From: Acutalibacteraceae bacterium
GTDB taxonomy: Bacteria; Bacillota; Clostridia; Oscillospirales; Acutalibacteraceae
Direction of reading: 5' to 3'
Length of the DNA: 64,000 nt
Assembly (NCBI GenBank): GCA_045579365.1
Contig: JAZNLZ010000021.1
Location: 37,794 to 101,793, forward strand
In this document: one piece after another, positions 9,020 to 18,498 of the stretch
Numbering within the stretch: the stretch's first letter is position 1
How the letters are laid out: every line of letters starts with the position of its first letter
Translations under genes and position numbers: made by a program
Notes under the pieces: generated by a model
What the model was told of the DNA's origin: nothing
Seen by the model: the letters and a program-made list of their open reading frames with translations, nothing else
Databases searched by the model: none

Positions 9020-10246
9020 TTGGAAAACCTTGAATTTAGCAATATTTTCCCCCGTGTTCAATGGGATTATATACACAAAATTTCAGCCCTTTTACCCTCG
9101 GTTTACGGGGATAATCCAAAGGCTTGTGTGGTAACCTTCGGCTGTCAGCAAAATGTCAGCGACTCGGAGAAATTAAAGGGTATGCTTTTTGCCTGCGGTT
9201 ATACTATTACCGAGGAGCGACAGGAAGCAGATTTTATAATTTTCAACACCTGCGCTGTTCGTGGCCATGCTGAAGATAGAGTGTATGGAAATATTGGCGA
9301 AATTAAAGCCTTGAAAAAGGCAAACCCAAACCTAATTGCTGCCATTTGTGGTTGCATGGCGCAACAACAAAGCGTGGCCGATAAAATTAAAAAAAGTTAT
9401 CCGTATATGGATATTGTTTTTGGAACCCAAATGTTCCACCGTTTGCCCGAGTTTATTTATAAAAGATTAACGGGCAGTAAACGAATTTTTGAACTTTCCC
9501 TTGAAAACAAACCCATTATTGAGGAAATTCCGGTTAAAAGGGATAGGGTAACTACAGGATGGCTTCCCATAATGTACGGTTGCAACAATTTTTGCACCTA
9601 CTGTATTGTGCCTTATGTAAGGGGCAGGGAACGTTCCCGTGCACCCGAAAAGGTTTTGGCCGAGGCTCGGGAAATGATAGCAAACGGTTGCAAAGAAATC
9701 ACCTTGCTTGGTCAAAATGTTAATTCCTACGGTAAGGGAGAAGCCCACGGCGTGAACTTTGCAAAACTTTTAAGGCAAATTAACGACCTTGAGGGTGATT
9801 TTGAAATTAAGTTTATGACCTCCCACCCAAAAGATTGCAGTTTGGAATTGCTTGATGCTATTCGTGATTGCAAAAAGGTGAGCCGTCATTTGCATTTGCC
9901 CTTCCAGTCGGGTAGCAGCCGAATTTTAAAACTTATGAACCGCTACTACGATAGAGAACAGTATTTGGAATTGGTGCGTGAGGCTAAAAAACGAATTCCT
10001 GACATTAAACTTACAAGCGATGTTATTGTAGGTTTCCCGGGTGAGACTTATGAAGATTTCAAAGAAACTTTAAGTTTGATTAAAGAGGTTGAGTTTGAAT
10101 CTTTATTCACCTTCATCTTCTCTCCAAGAGGGGGAACTCCGGCAGCCCAGATGCCCGACCCCATATCCCGAGAAGAAAAAGGAAAATGGTTTGATGAGCT
10201 TTTAGAGCTTCAAGATAATATACAAAATAAAAAAAGAGGTATTTAA
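9020..10246 (+). CDS. miaB: tRNA-i6A37 methylthiotransferase MiaB-like (UPF0004 + radical-SAM domains, no TRAM domain)
   Basis: The N-terminal MTTase domain has TFGCQQN...NTCAVR...GC. The radical-SAM motif is CNNFCTYC. The start is TTG. The position upstream of ricA-mutS-mutL matches B. subtilis ymcB. Confidence 0.8.
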   Translation: MENLEFSNIFPRVQWDYIHKISALLPSVYGDNPKACVVTFGCQQNVSDSEKLKGMLFACGYTITEERQEADFIIFNTCAVRGHAEDRVYGNIGEIKALKKANPNLIAAICGCMAQQQSVADKIKKSYPYMDIVFGTQMFHRLPEFIYKRLTGSKRIFELSLENKPIIEEIPVKRDRVTTGWLPIMYGCNNFCTYCIVPYVRGRERSRAPEKVLAEAREMIANGCKEITLLGQNVNSYGKGEAHGVNFAKLLRQINDLEGDFEIKFMTSHPKDCSLELLDAIRDCKKVSRHLHLPFQSGSSRILKLMNRYYDREQYLELVREAKKRIPDIKLTSDVIVGFPGETYEDFKETLSLIKEVEFESLFTFIFSPRGGTPAAQMPDPISREEKGKWFDELLELQDNIQNKKRGI

Positions 10247-10247
10247 A

Positions 10248-10652
10248 ATGGATGTAATTAAGGCTGTTAGAGAACTTGGCAAAGCAATTCAACAAGATGA
10301 ACGTTTTATTCGCTATGCTAAGGCTCGTTTAGAAAATGATAATAACGAAGAACTCCAAGCTGCTATCGGTAAGTTCAATATTATCCGTATGGATATGGAT
10401 AGAATTATGAACTCCGAAGACAAGGATGAAAACAAGATTAAGGAGTTAAACGAAGAACTTCGCCGTGTTTATGGTGAAATTATGTCGGCTCCTGCAATGG
10501 TTGAGTATAACACTGCAAAGGTTGACCTTGACCAGATGATGAGCGAAATTAACACAGTTATCACAAAAACATTAGAGGGCGAGGACCCCGAAACTTGTGA
10601 GACTGCTGCAGCTTGTACCGGCAGTTGCTCCACTTGTGGTGGTTGCCACTAA
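10248..10652 (+). CDS. ricA: YlbF/YmcA-family protein (RicA-like), Cys-rich C-terminus
   Basis: Helical 134-aa protein located between miaB and mutS, as ymcA is in B. subtilis. The C-terminus reads CETAAACTGSCSTCGGCH. Confidence 0.65.
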   Translation: MDVIKAVRELGKAIQQDERFIRYAKARLENDNNEELQAAIGKFNIIRMDMDRIMNSEDKDENKIKELNEELRRVYGEIMSAPAMVEYNTAKVDLDQMMSEINTVITKTLEGEDPETCETAAACTGSCSTCGGCH

Positions 10653-10684
10653 TTTTAAGTAAAAAACTTTAAGGAGGTTTAAAA

Positions 10685-13282
10685 ATGGCAGAATTGTCCC
10701 CAATGATGAGACAGTATTTTGAAATAAAATCACAAATGGAAGATAGTATTCTCTTTTTCAGAGTGGGCGATTTTTACGAAATGTTTTTCGAAGATGCCAA
10801 AATATCCTCCGAAGAGTTAGATTTGGTTTTAACGGGTAAAGATTGTGGACAGGCTGAACGTGCCCCAATGTGTGGCGTACCTTTCCACAGTTGTGATGCT
10901 TATATAAGCCGATTGGTTGCCAAGGGTTACAAGGTTGCAATTTGCGAACAGGTTGAAAACCCTGCCGAAGCCAAGGGAATTGTAAGGCGTGAGGTTGTTA
11001 GAATTATCACCCCCGGTACCGTTATTGAAGATAATATGCTGGATGAAGGTCTTAACAACTATTTGGCTTGTTTGTGCGTTGCCGATGGGAATTACGGTTT
11101 TTGTTTCACCGATGCTTCAACAGGTGAGTGCTTTGTAATTGAGCTTGGTGTTGAGAATGTCCAAAATCGCATTATCGAGCAAATTAACCGTTTCAAGCCC
11201 AGCGAACTTCTTATAACCGAAAATCAAATTAAAACCCATAAAGGTTTGGATTCCTTCTTAAAGGAAGGTTACACAGGAACTGTAACCGTAAGGGCTGAGA
11301 ATGCAATTTCTCCCGAATATACCCGTGAACTCATATTAAAACATTTTGCCGTTGTCAGCACCGAGAATTTAGGACTTAGAGAAAACAGTGCCGTTGCAGG
11401 TGCTTTGGGTGGAATTATAACCTACCTTTACGAAACCGGTGTTAGTGGCAATATTTCGGTTAAAAAGGTTGACATTTACTCCGAGAGCGAATATATGCGC
11501 CTCGATATGACTGCTATCAGAAATCTTGAACTTACCGAAACAATGCGTTCGGGTTCTAAAAAAGGTTCGCTTTTGTGGGTTATGGATAAAACCCGTACCC
11601 CAATGGGTAAAAGACTTCTCAGAAACTGGATTGAAAAGCCTTTGCTTTCAATTCCTCAAATAACCCTTCGCCAAAATGCAGTGGATGAACTTATTTCCAA
11701 CGAAATTTTGCTTGGTGAACTAAGAGAAGCTTTAAGTGGAATTAAAGATATTGAGCGCACAATGACCAAGGTGGTTTACGGTTCGGTTAAGCCAAGAGAA
11801 CTGAATTTACTTGCCGAAACAATATCTCATTTTCCTGCAATAAAGCAGTTGCTTTCAAACAGCGAGTGCCGACTTTTAAAGGAAATCTACCGAGATATTG
11901 ATGAACACGCCGAGGTTCGTGAATTGATTGAAACTGCAATTCACGACAGTCCCAAAAATACCGTTCGTGAGGGTGGTATTATTAAGGATGGTTACAACGA
12001 AGAACTTGACAAAATAAGAGCCTTAATGCAAGGAAGCACCGATTTCCTTTCGGAAATTGAAGCAAGAGAGAAAGAAAAAACCGGCATTAAGACCTTAAAG
12101 GTAAAATATAACAAGGTTTTCGGTTACTATATTGAGGTTACAAATTCCTTCCTCGATAAAGTGCCAGAAGATTATGTAAGAAAACAAACCCTTACCAATG
12201 CCGAGCGTTTCATCACCGATGAATTAAAAGAAATCGAGCGACAAATGCTTTCGGCTAAAGACAGGGTGGTAACCCTTGAGTATCAACTTTTTGATGAGGT
12301 AAGACAAAGAACGGCTGCCGAAATTGAACAGTTCCAAAAAACTGCTTCGGCTATTGCTAAACTTGATACCCTTTGTTCCTTAGGTTTGGTAGCAGTAAAC
12401 AATCGTTATTGCCGACCCTTGGTTGATACAAGTGGATGTATTAACATTAAGGATGGTCGCCATCCCGTTGTTGAACAAATTAGCAAAATGCCCTTTGTGG
12501 CTAACGATACTTTGCTTGATATGAAGGCAAACCGTTGCGCCATTGTAACAGGCCCTAATATGGCAGGTAAATCAACATATATGAGACAAACTGCCATCAT
12601 AACCCTTTTGGCTCAAATCGGTTCCTTTGTTCCTGCAACAAGCGCAAAAATCGGTTTGGTAGATGCAATTTTCACCCGTGTTGGCGCTTCGGACGATTTG
12701 GCTTCGGGTCAGTCAACCTTTATGGTGGAAATGAGCGAGGTTGCCGATATTTTGAAATACGCAACCAAAAAGAGTTTGCTGATTTTAGATGAAATCGGTC
12801 GTGGAACATCCACCTTTGATGGTATGTCTATCGCCCGTGCAGTACTTGAATTTGTTGCCGATAAGAAAAAACTTGGCGCAAAATCACTTTTCGCAACCCA
12901 TTACCACGAGTTAACCTCAATGGAAAACGAACTTGACGGAATTAAGAATTATAACATCGCCGTTAGAAAAAGAGGGGATGACATTACCTTCTTACGTCGT
13001 ATCGTTCCCGGTCCTGCCGATGACAGTTACGGTATCGAGGTTGCAAAACTAAGTGGTATTCCCGATTCGGTTATCGAACGTGCAAAAGAAATTTTAAAAC
13101 AAACCGAGGAAGAGGGAATTGTAACCTATAAATCGGTGGAAAGTTCTGATATGCAAATGCCTTTGGAAATGCAAAGTGCAGGGGATATCTTAAAGGAACT
13201 TCAAAGTGTGGATGTGAACACACTAACGCCTATCGAGGCAATGCAAATCTTGTTTGATTTGTGTAATAAAGCAAAAAATTAA
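10685..13282 (+). CDS. mutS: DNA mismatch repair protein MutS
   Basis: N-terminal FYEMF mismatch-binding motif, Walker A GPNMAGKST, and DEIGRGTST. Confidence 0.95.
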   Translation: MAELSPMMRQYFEIKSQMEDSILFFRVGDFYEMFFEDAKISSEELDLVLTGKDCGQAERAPMCGVPFHSCDAYISRLVAKGYKVAICEQVENPAEAKGIVRREVVRIITPGTVIEDNMLDEGLNNYLACLCVADGNYGFCFTDASTGECFVIELGVENVQNRIIEQINRFKPSELLITENQIKTHKGLDSFLKEGYTGTVTVRAENAISPEYTRELILKHFAVVSTENLGLRENSAVAGALGGIITYLYETGVSGNISVKKVDIYSESEYMRLDMTAIRNLELTETMRSGSKKGSLLWVMDKTRTPMGKRLLRNWIEKPLLSIPQITLRQNAVDELISNEILLGELREALSGIKDIERTMTKVVYGSVKPRELNLLAETISHFPAIKQLLSNSECRLLKEIYRDIDEHAEVRELIETAIHDSPKNTVREGGIIKDGYNEELDKIRALMQGSTDFLSEIEAREKEKTGIKTLKVKYNKVFGYYIEVTNSFLDKVPEDYVRKQTLTNAERFITDELKEIERQMLSAKDRVVTLEYQLFDEVRQRTAAEIEQFQKTASAIAKLDTLCSLGLVAVNNRYCRPLVDTSGCINIKDGRHPVVEQISKMPFVANDTLLDMKANRCAIVTGPNMAGKSTYMRQTAIITLLAQIGSFVPATSAKIGLVDAIFTRVGASDDLASGQSTFMVEMSEVADILKYATKKSLLILDEIGRGTSTFDGMSIARAVLEFVADKKKLGAKSLFATHYHELTSMENELDGIKNYNIAVRKRGDDITFLRRIVPGPADDSYGIEVAKLSGIPDSVIERAKEILKQTEEEGIVTYKSVESSDMQMPLEMQSAGDILKELQSVDVNTLTPIEAMQILFDLCNKAKN

Positions 13283-13301
13283 TTAAAAGGGAGGGAACAA
13301 G

Positions 13302-15197
13302 ATGCCAAGAATTAATCTATTACCAAAAAATGTGGCCGAATTAATTGCTGCAGGTGAGGTTGTTGAACGACCTGCTTCGGTTATAAAGGAACTTGTGGAA
13401 AATTCCATCGATGCCAAGGCCACACAAATCACTGTGGAAATTCAGCGTGGTGGTATTACATATATTCGCATTACCGATAATGGTATTGGTATTGAGGCAG
13501 AAGATGTTCCCACTGCCTTTTTGCGCCATGCCACCAGTAAAATTAAAACCCAAGTAGATCTTGACAGTATTGCTACTTTGGGCTTTAGAGGTGAGGCTTT
13601 GGCTGCCGTTTCTTCGGTTGCAAGGGTTGAAATGTTAACCTGTAGCGAGAATAGCAACGAAGGCACCCATTATGTTATCGAAGGCTCTGAGGAGAAACTA
13701 AATGAATTTGCAGGTTGTCCAAGGGGCACCACAATTATAATCAGGGATATTTTTTACAATACCCCTGCTCGTATGAAATTCCTTAAAAAGGATGTTTCTG
13801 AAGGTAATGCTTGTGCATCGGTGGTGGAAAGAATTGCCCTTTCTCACCCTGAAATCGCTTTTAGGTTAATAAGGGATGGAAAAACCGTTCTTACCACATC
13901 GGGTAACGGAGACACTAAGGCTTGTGTTTACTCGGTTTTGGGTAGAGATTTCTCCAATTCCTTAATTGATGTAAAAGATGAAATTAACGGAATTAAGGTT
14001 TCGGGGTTGACCTGCAAACCCTTTGCTTGTAAAGCCACAAGAAACGGACAATACACCTTCCTAAACGGCCGTTTGGTTCGTTCGGGTACCGTTATTGCTG
14101 CTGTGGAACAAGCCTATAAAAACAGTGCAATGGTTGGCAAATTCCCCGCCTTTGTGCTTTATTTGGAAATTCCTTTTGATACGGTGGATGTTAACGTTCA
14201 TCCTGCCAAGACCGAGGTTAGATTTTCCGATGAAAAACGCATTTTTGATGCAGTTTATGCTTCGGTTAAAAACGCCTTGGCTGCAGGGGATACACGCCCC
14301 GAAATTAAAATGAATAAGGCTCCTTTTAATCCTTTCCAAAGGGTGACGGCCAGTGAATATCGCCAACAGGCTATAACCGAGCCTGTAATTCAAAAAACCG
14401 AGCCCGTTAAAACAGAGCCGGTTCAAAAACCTGTTATTATTCAAAAAAGCGAACCTGCTCCCATAAAGAAGGAAACGGTGCTTGAATCTAAGCCTGATTT
14501 TGAGTTTATGGATAGATATGCCTTGGCAAATGAAAAGGGAGAAAAAGTGGAACCCACAGCCCAAAAGAAAACCGATTTGGACGTGGTAATTGAGGTGGAG
14601 GAAACAAAACCCCAACCCATAATTTCGGATGAACCTGAAATTATAATTATCGGCGAGGCTTTTTCAACCTATATTGTGGCTCAAATGAAGGACAGCGTAT
14701 TTATGATAGATAAACACGCAGCCCATGAGAGAATTCTTTTCAACAAACTTAAATCGGAAGAAAAAACCGAAATCCAAGCCTTGCTAACGCCCATCACCGT
14801 TACCCTTTCAAGTGCTGAGTATGATGGCATTATAAACCACTTGGAATTACTCGAAAAAAGTGGTTTTGAGGTTGAGGATTTTGGGAATTCAACCGTAATT
14901 GTTCGTGGACTCCCCACATTTTTAACGGGAGAAAATATAAACAATCTTTTATCCGAAATCGCCGAAGGTTTAATCACAACCGGCAAGGTTTCGACTGCGA
15001 GAGAGGATAATGTTTTTCACACTGTTGCTTGTCGTGCTGCCGTTAAAGCAGGCAACAGCATCAGCCGTTTTGAAATGCTTGATTTAGCCAAAAAGGTATT
15101 GCTTGATAAAGAGGTAATGTATTGTCCTCACGGTCGCCCTGTGGCTTTTGAGATTAAAAAACGGGAACTTGAAAAACAGTTTGGTAGAATACAATGA
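13302..15197 (+). CDS. mutL: DNA mismatch repair protein MutL
   Basis: GHKL N-terminus (AAGEVVERPASVIKELVENSIDA, DNGIGI) and the C-terminal endonuclease motif DKHAAHERI. Confidence 0.95.
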   Translation: MPRINLLPKNVAELIAAGEVVERPASVIKELVENSIDAKATQITVEIQRGGITYIRITDNGIGIEAEDVPTAFLRHATSKIKTQVDLDSIATLGFRGEALAAVSSVARVEMLTCSENSNEGTHYVIEGSEEKLNEFAGCPRGTTIIIRDIFYNTPARMKFLKKDVSEGNACASVVERIALSHPEIAFRLIRDGKTVLTTSGNGDTKACVYSVLGRDFSNSLIDVKDEINGIKVSGLTCKPFACKATRNGQYTFLNGRLVRSGTVIAAVEQAYKNSAMVGKFPAFVLYLEIPFDTVDVNVHPAKTEVRFSDEKRIFDAVYASVKNALAAGDTRPEIKMNKAPFNPFQRVTASEYRQQAITEPVIQKTEPVKTEPVQKPVIIQKSEPAPIKKETVLESKPDFEFMDRYALANEKGEKVEPTAQKKTDLDVVIEVEETKPQPIISDEPEIIIIGEAFSTYIVAQMKDSVFMIDKHAAHERILFNKLKSEEKTEIQALLTPITVTLSSAEYDGIINHLELLEKSGFEVEDFGNSTVIVRGLPTFLTGENINNLLSEIAEGLITTGKVSTAREDNVFHTVACRAAVKAGNSISRFEMLDLAKKVLLDKEVMYCPHGRPVAFEIKKRELEKQFGRIQ

Positions 15198-16117
15198 GCA
15201 AAAAGGTTGTTTTTATTGTAGGTCCTACTGCCTCGGGTAAAACTGCTTTAAGCATTTCTTTGGCAAAGAAATTCGGGGGAGAAATTATTTCGGCCGACTC
15301 AATGCAAATTTATAAAGGTATTCACATTGCTTCGGCCTGTCCCGACAGGGAAGAGATGGAGGGAATACCCCACCATTTGCTTGAATTTTTGGAACTTGAC
15401 GAACAGTTTTCGGTTGCCGATTATGTTAAATTGGCAAGGGAGAAAATTGAGGAAATATCGGCCCGTGGAAAATTACCTATCGTGGTCGGTGGAACAGGTC
15501 TTTACATTTCGGCATTGATGGATAACACCAAGTTTACCGAAATAGAAACCGACCAAGATTTGCGCAAAGAATTGGAAGAGGAATTTGACCGTTTGGGCGG
15601 CGAAAAAATGTTGGAACTCTTAAGGGAGTTTGACTCTGAAAGCGCCCAAAGACTTAAAGCCGCCGATAAGCGAAGAATTGTTCGTTGCTTTGAAATTTAT
15701 AAACTAACAGGTCAAACATTAACCGAGCAAAATGCTTTGTCCCACCTTGAAAAGGCCGATTTTGAAGTCTTGTGCCTTGGGGTGAATTACCTTGACCGTG
15801 AAAGGTTATACGAAAGAATAAATAAACGTGTGGATATAATGCTGGAAAACGGACTTTTGAAAGAAGCTCGTGAAACCTTTGAAAACCAAAATGGCAAAGG
15901 TGGTTTTCAGGCAATAGGCCACAAGGAATTATACGGATTTTTTAAGGAAGAGTGTTCTTTAGAAGAAGCTACCGAAAACCTTAAAAGACAAACAAGGCGT
16001 TATGCAAAGCGCCAACTTACTTGGTTTAGGAGAGACCAAAGAATTAATTGGATTTATGCCGATAGTGACCTTGATGTTATCGGCGAGGCAACCAAATTAA
16101 CCGAGAGTTTTTTATAA
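15194..16117 (+). CDS. miaA: tRNA dimethylallyltransferase
   Basis: P-loop GPTASGKT, DSMQIYKG, and 4-nt start/stop overlap (ATGA) with mutL. Confidence 0.92.
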   Translation: MSKKVVFIVGPTASGKTALSISLAKKFGGEIISADSMQIYKGIHIASACPDREEMEGIPHHLLEFLELDEQFSVADYVKLAREKIEEISARGKLPIVVGGTGLYISALMDNTKFTEIETDQDLRKELEEEFDRLGGEKMLELLREFDSESAQRLKAADKRRIVRCFEIYKLTGQTLTEQNALSHLEKADFEVLCLGVNYLDRERLYERINKRVDIMLENGLLKEARETFENQNGKGGFQAIGHKELYGFFKEECSLEEATENLKRQTRRYAKRQLTWFRRDQRINWIYADSDLDVIGEATKLTESFL

Positions 16118-16135
16118 AAAGGAGGGGAAACAGGT

Positions 16136-17341
16136 ATGAAAAGTTCAAAGGCAATCAAGATTATTTTAGGATTAATAGTTGCGATTTTTATAATTAATCA
16201 ACTTGTTTCCTCTTTGTATATGCCCATAAAGACCGAGAACGCAGTTTTCTTTACTGCTAATGATGGTTTTAAAATCACAGGTCATATTATTCGAAATGAA
16301 ACCTATGTTACTGCTAAAACCGATGGAGTTTTGCATTTCGTTACCGAAGATGGTTCTCGTGTTGCTAAAGATGGTGTTATTGCTAACATTTACGGGAATG
16401 CAAACGCTTCTATTACCGTTTCGGAAATAGAGGTCTTAAAATCCCAAATTGCCGATATTGAGGATATTTTGAGTTATAACGATATTGAGGCGGCAAACTT
16501 AGACCTTATAAATTCCAGGATTTCAAACAACTTAGGCGACTTCATTTTTGAAGGTGCTTCGGGCAATTTTGAAAATGCAGATGAACTTTCTAAAGAATTA
16601 CTTGCCGCAAACAACCGTAAACAGGTGGCTTTGGGTGTGGCAACAGGTCTTAGCGAAAGATTAGAAGACTTAAAATTAAAACTCGCAAAACTTGAAAATT
16701 CTTTACCTTCGGTTAAGGGTAGCATTTCAGCCACCCAATCGGGATATTTTGTTTCCAAAACCGATGGTTACGAAAATGTGTTCCCAAATGATGATTTAAA
16801 CCAAATTACACCCGAATTCTTGTCTTCGGTTAAACCCAAAGAAAAGGGCAAGAACGTAATTGGTAAAATTGTTTCGGATTATGAGTGGTATATAGCAGCT
16901 GTTTTACCTCTTAACGATTCTTTAAAATACAAAGAAGATCAAGAATTAAAACTTTTAACCACAATAAAATCTTCTCCCACACTTTCGGTTACGGTTAAAC
17001 AAATAAATATTTCGGAAGAAACCGAAAATGCAGTAATTATTTTTGCTTGTAACGATATGAATAGTGAATTGGCAACCATTAGAACTGCCAGTATGACGGT
17101 CGTTGACAAGGAATATAGCGGTTTGAGAATACCTAAAAAAGCTTTGCGTGTTGTGGATTCTCAAAAGGGCGTTTATGTTCAATCGGGAATGCAAATCAGT
17201 TTTGTTCCGGTTCAAATTGTTTATCGACAAGATGACTATATTATTTGCGAAAAGAAAAACGAAAACGGCAACTTCTTGAAACTTTACGATAAGGTTGTTG
17301 TGAAAGGAAAAAATCTTTATGATGGAAAAATTGTCGGCTAA
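16136..17341 (+). CDS. Membrane-anchored HlyD/membrane-fusion-like protein (function unknown)
   Basis: N-terminal TM helix, a central coiled-coil-like segment and a beta-rich C-terminus. The call rests on overall architecture only. Confidence 0.4.
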   Translation: MKSSKAIKIILGLIVAIFIINQLVSSLYMPIKTENAVFFTANDGFKITGHIIRNETYVTAKTDGVLHFVTEDGSRVAKDGVIANIYGNANASITVSEIEVLKSQIADIEDILSYNDIEAANLDLINSRISNNLGDFIFEGASGNFENADELSKELLAANNRKQVALGVATGLSERLEDLKLKLAKLENSLPSVKGSISATQSGYFVSKTDGYENVFPNDDLNQITPEFLSSVKPKEKGKNVIGKIVSDYEWYIAAVLPLNDSLKYKEDQELKLLTTIKSSPTLSVTVKQINISEETENAVIIFACNDMNSELATIRTASMTVVDKEYSGLRIPKKALRVVDSQKGVYVQSGMQISFVPVQIVYRQDDYIICEKKNENGNFLKLYDKVVVKGKNLYDGKIVG

Positions 17342-18029
17342 GGAGTTTGACACTAATTTAGCCGAAGTGACAAATCGCCTTGAAAACGCTTTGCAAAAGG
17401 CAGGCAAAAAAAGGGAAGATGTTATTCTTCTTGCTGCCACTAAAACGGTTGATATCGAGACTATTAATTATGCCTTGTCTAAGGGAATTGATTATATTGG
17501 TGAAAACAAGGTGCAGGAATTTCTTTCCAAGGAAGAGGGAATCGGTTCTTGCCATCGCCATTTTATCGGTCATCTTCAAACAAACAAGGTTAAGGATATT
17601 ATAAACCGTGTGGAAATGATACACTCGGTAGATTCTTTAAAACTCGCAAAAGAAATTTCTAAACAGGCTGTTAAAAATAATAAGACAATGGAAATTCTTT
17701 TGGAAATTAATGTGGGTGATGAGGAGTCTAAATGGGGATTTGAAGCCGAGAATTTAGAGGAAAATTTAAGGGAAATTGCAAAACTTCCCAACCTTAAAAT
17801 TAAAGGTTTAATGGCAATTCCACCCATTTGTGAAAAAAGCGAAGAAAATAGAAAATATTTTAAGGAAATGAAAAAACTGTTTATTGACATTAGCCTTAAA
17901 AACATAGATAATGTAAGTATGGATATTCTCTCAATGGGGATGTCGGATGACTTTGATATTGCTGTCGAAGAAGGTGCCAATTTAATCCGTTTGGGAACGG
18001 CGCTTTTCGGCAAAAGAATATATATTTAA
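17319..18029 (+). CDS. ylmE: PLP-binding protein YggS/YlmE family
   Basis: LLAATKT (PLP lysine), HFIGHLQTNK, SMGMSDD, and a position upstream of sepF. Confidence 0.88.
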   Translation: MMEKLSAKEFDTNLAEVTNRLENALQKAGKKREDVILLAATKTVDIETINYALSKGIDYIGENKVQEFLSKEEGIGSCHRHFIGHLQTNKVKDIINRVEMIHSVDSLKLAKEISKQAVKNNKTMEILLEINVGDEESKWGFEAENLEENLREIAKLPNLKIKGLMAIPPICEKSEENRKYFKEMKKLFIDISLKNIDNVSMDILSMGMSDDFDIAVEEGANLIRLGTALFGKRIYI

Positions 18030-18042
18030 AAGGAGAATTAAA

Positions 18043-18498
18043 ATGGGAATTTTCGACAATTTAAAGGGTTATTTTAATGCTTTCGATGAGGAAGAAATAG
18101 AAGAAGAGCTTTTCGAAGAAGGAAATGAGAAAAAAGAGGTTCGTCGTGAGGAACCTAAAAAGGTGGATACATTCCCCAAAATTATTCCGGGTAGAGCAAA
18201 GACTACCACTTCTACTCCTGCTCAAATGCAGGTTGTGTTGGTTAAGCCTGAAAGATATGAGGATGTTACCTCTATTGCTGACCACTTAAACGATAAAAAG
18301 ACTGTTGTTTTAAATCTTGAATCGGCCGATAGAGACCTTTCTCGCCGTATTGTTGACTTCTTAAGTGGCGCTACATACGCTAACCACGGCAACATTAAAA
18401 AGATTTCTAAAGCAACCTTCTTGATTGTACCCAGTGGTGTGGATATGATGGGCGAATTAATGTTAGAGGATTTTGAGGAAGGCAGAATGTACTTCTAA
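18043..18498 (+). CDS. sepF: Cell division protein SepF
   Basis: 151 aa with an acidic linker and a conserved C-terminal domain (VVLVKPERYEDV...VVLNL). ylmE-sepF-ylmH-divIVA synteny supports the call. Confidence 0.88.
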   Translation: MGIFDNLKGYFNAFDEEEIEEELFEEGNEKKEVRREEPKKVDTFPKIIPGRAKTTTSTPAQMQVVLVKPERYEDVTSIADHLNDKKTVVLNLESADRDLSRRIVDFLSGATYANHGNIKKISKATFLIVPSGVDMMGELMLEDFEEGRMYF

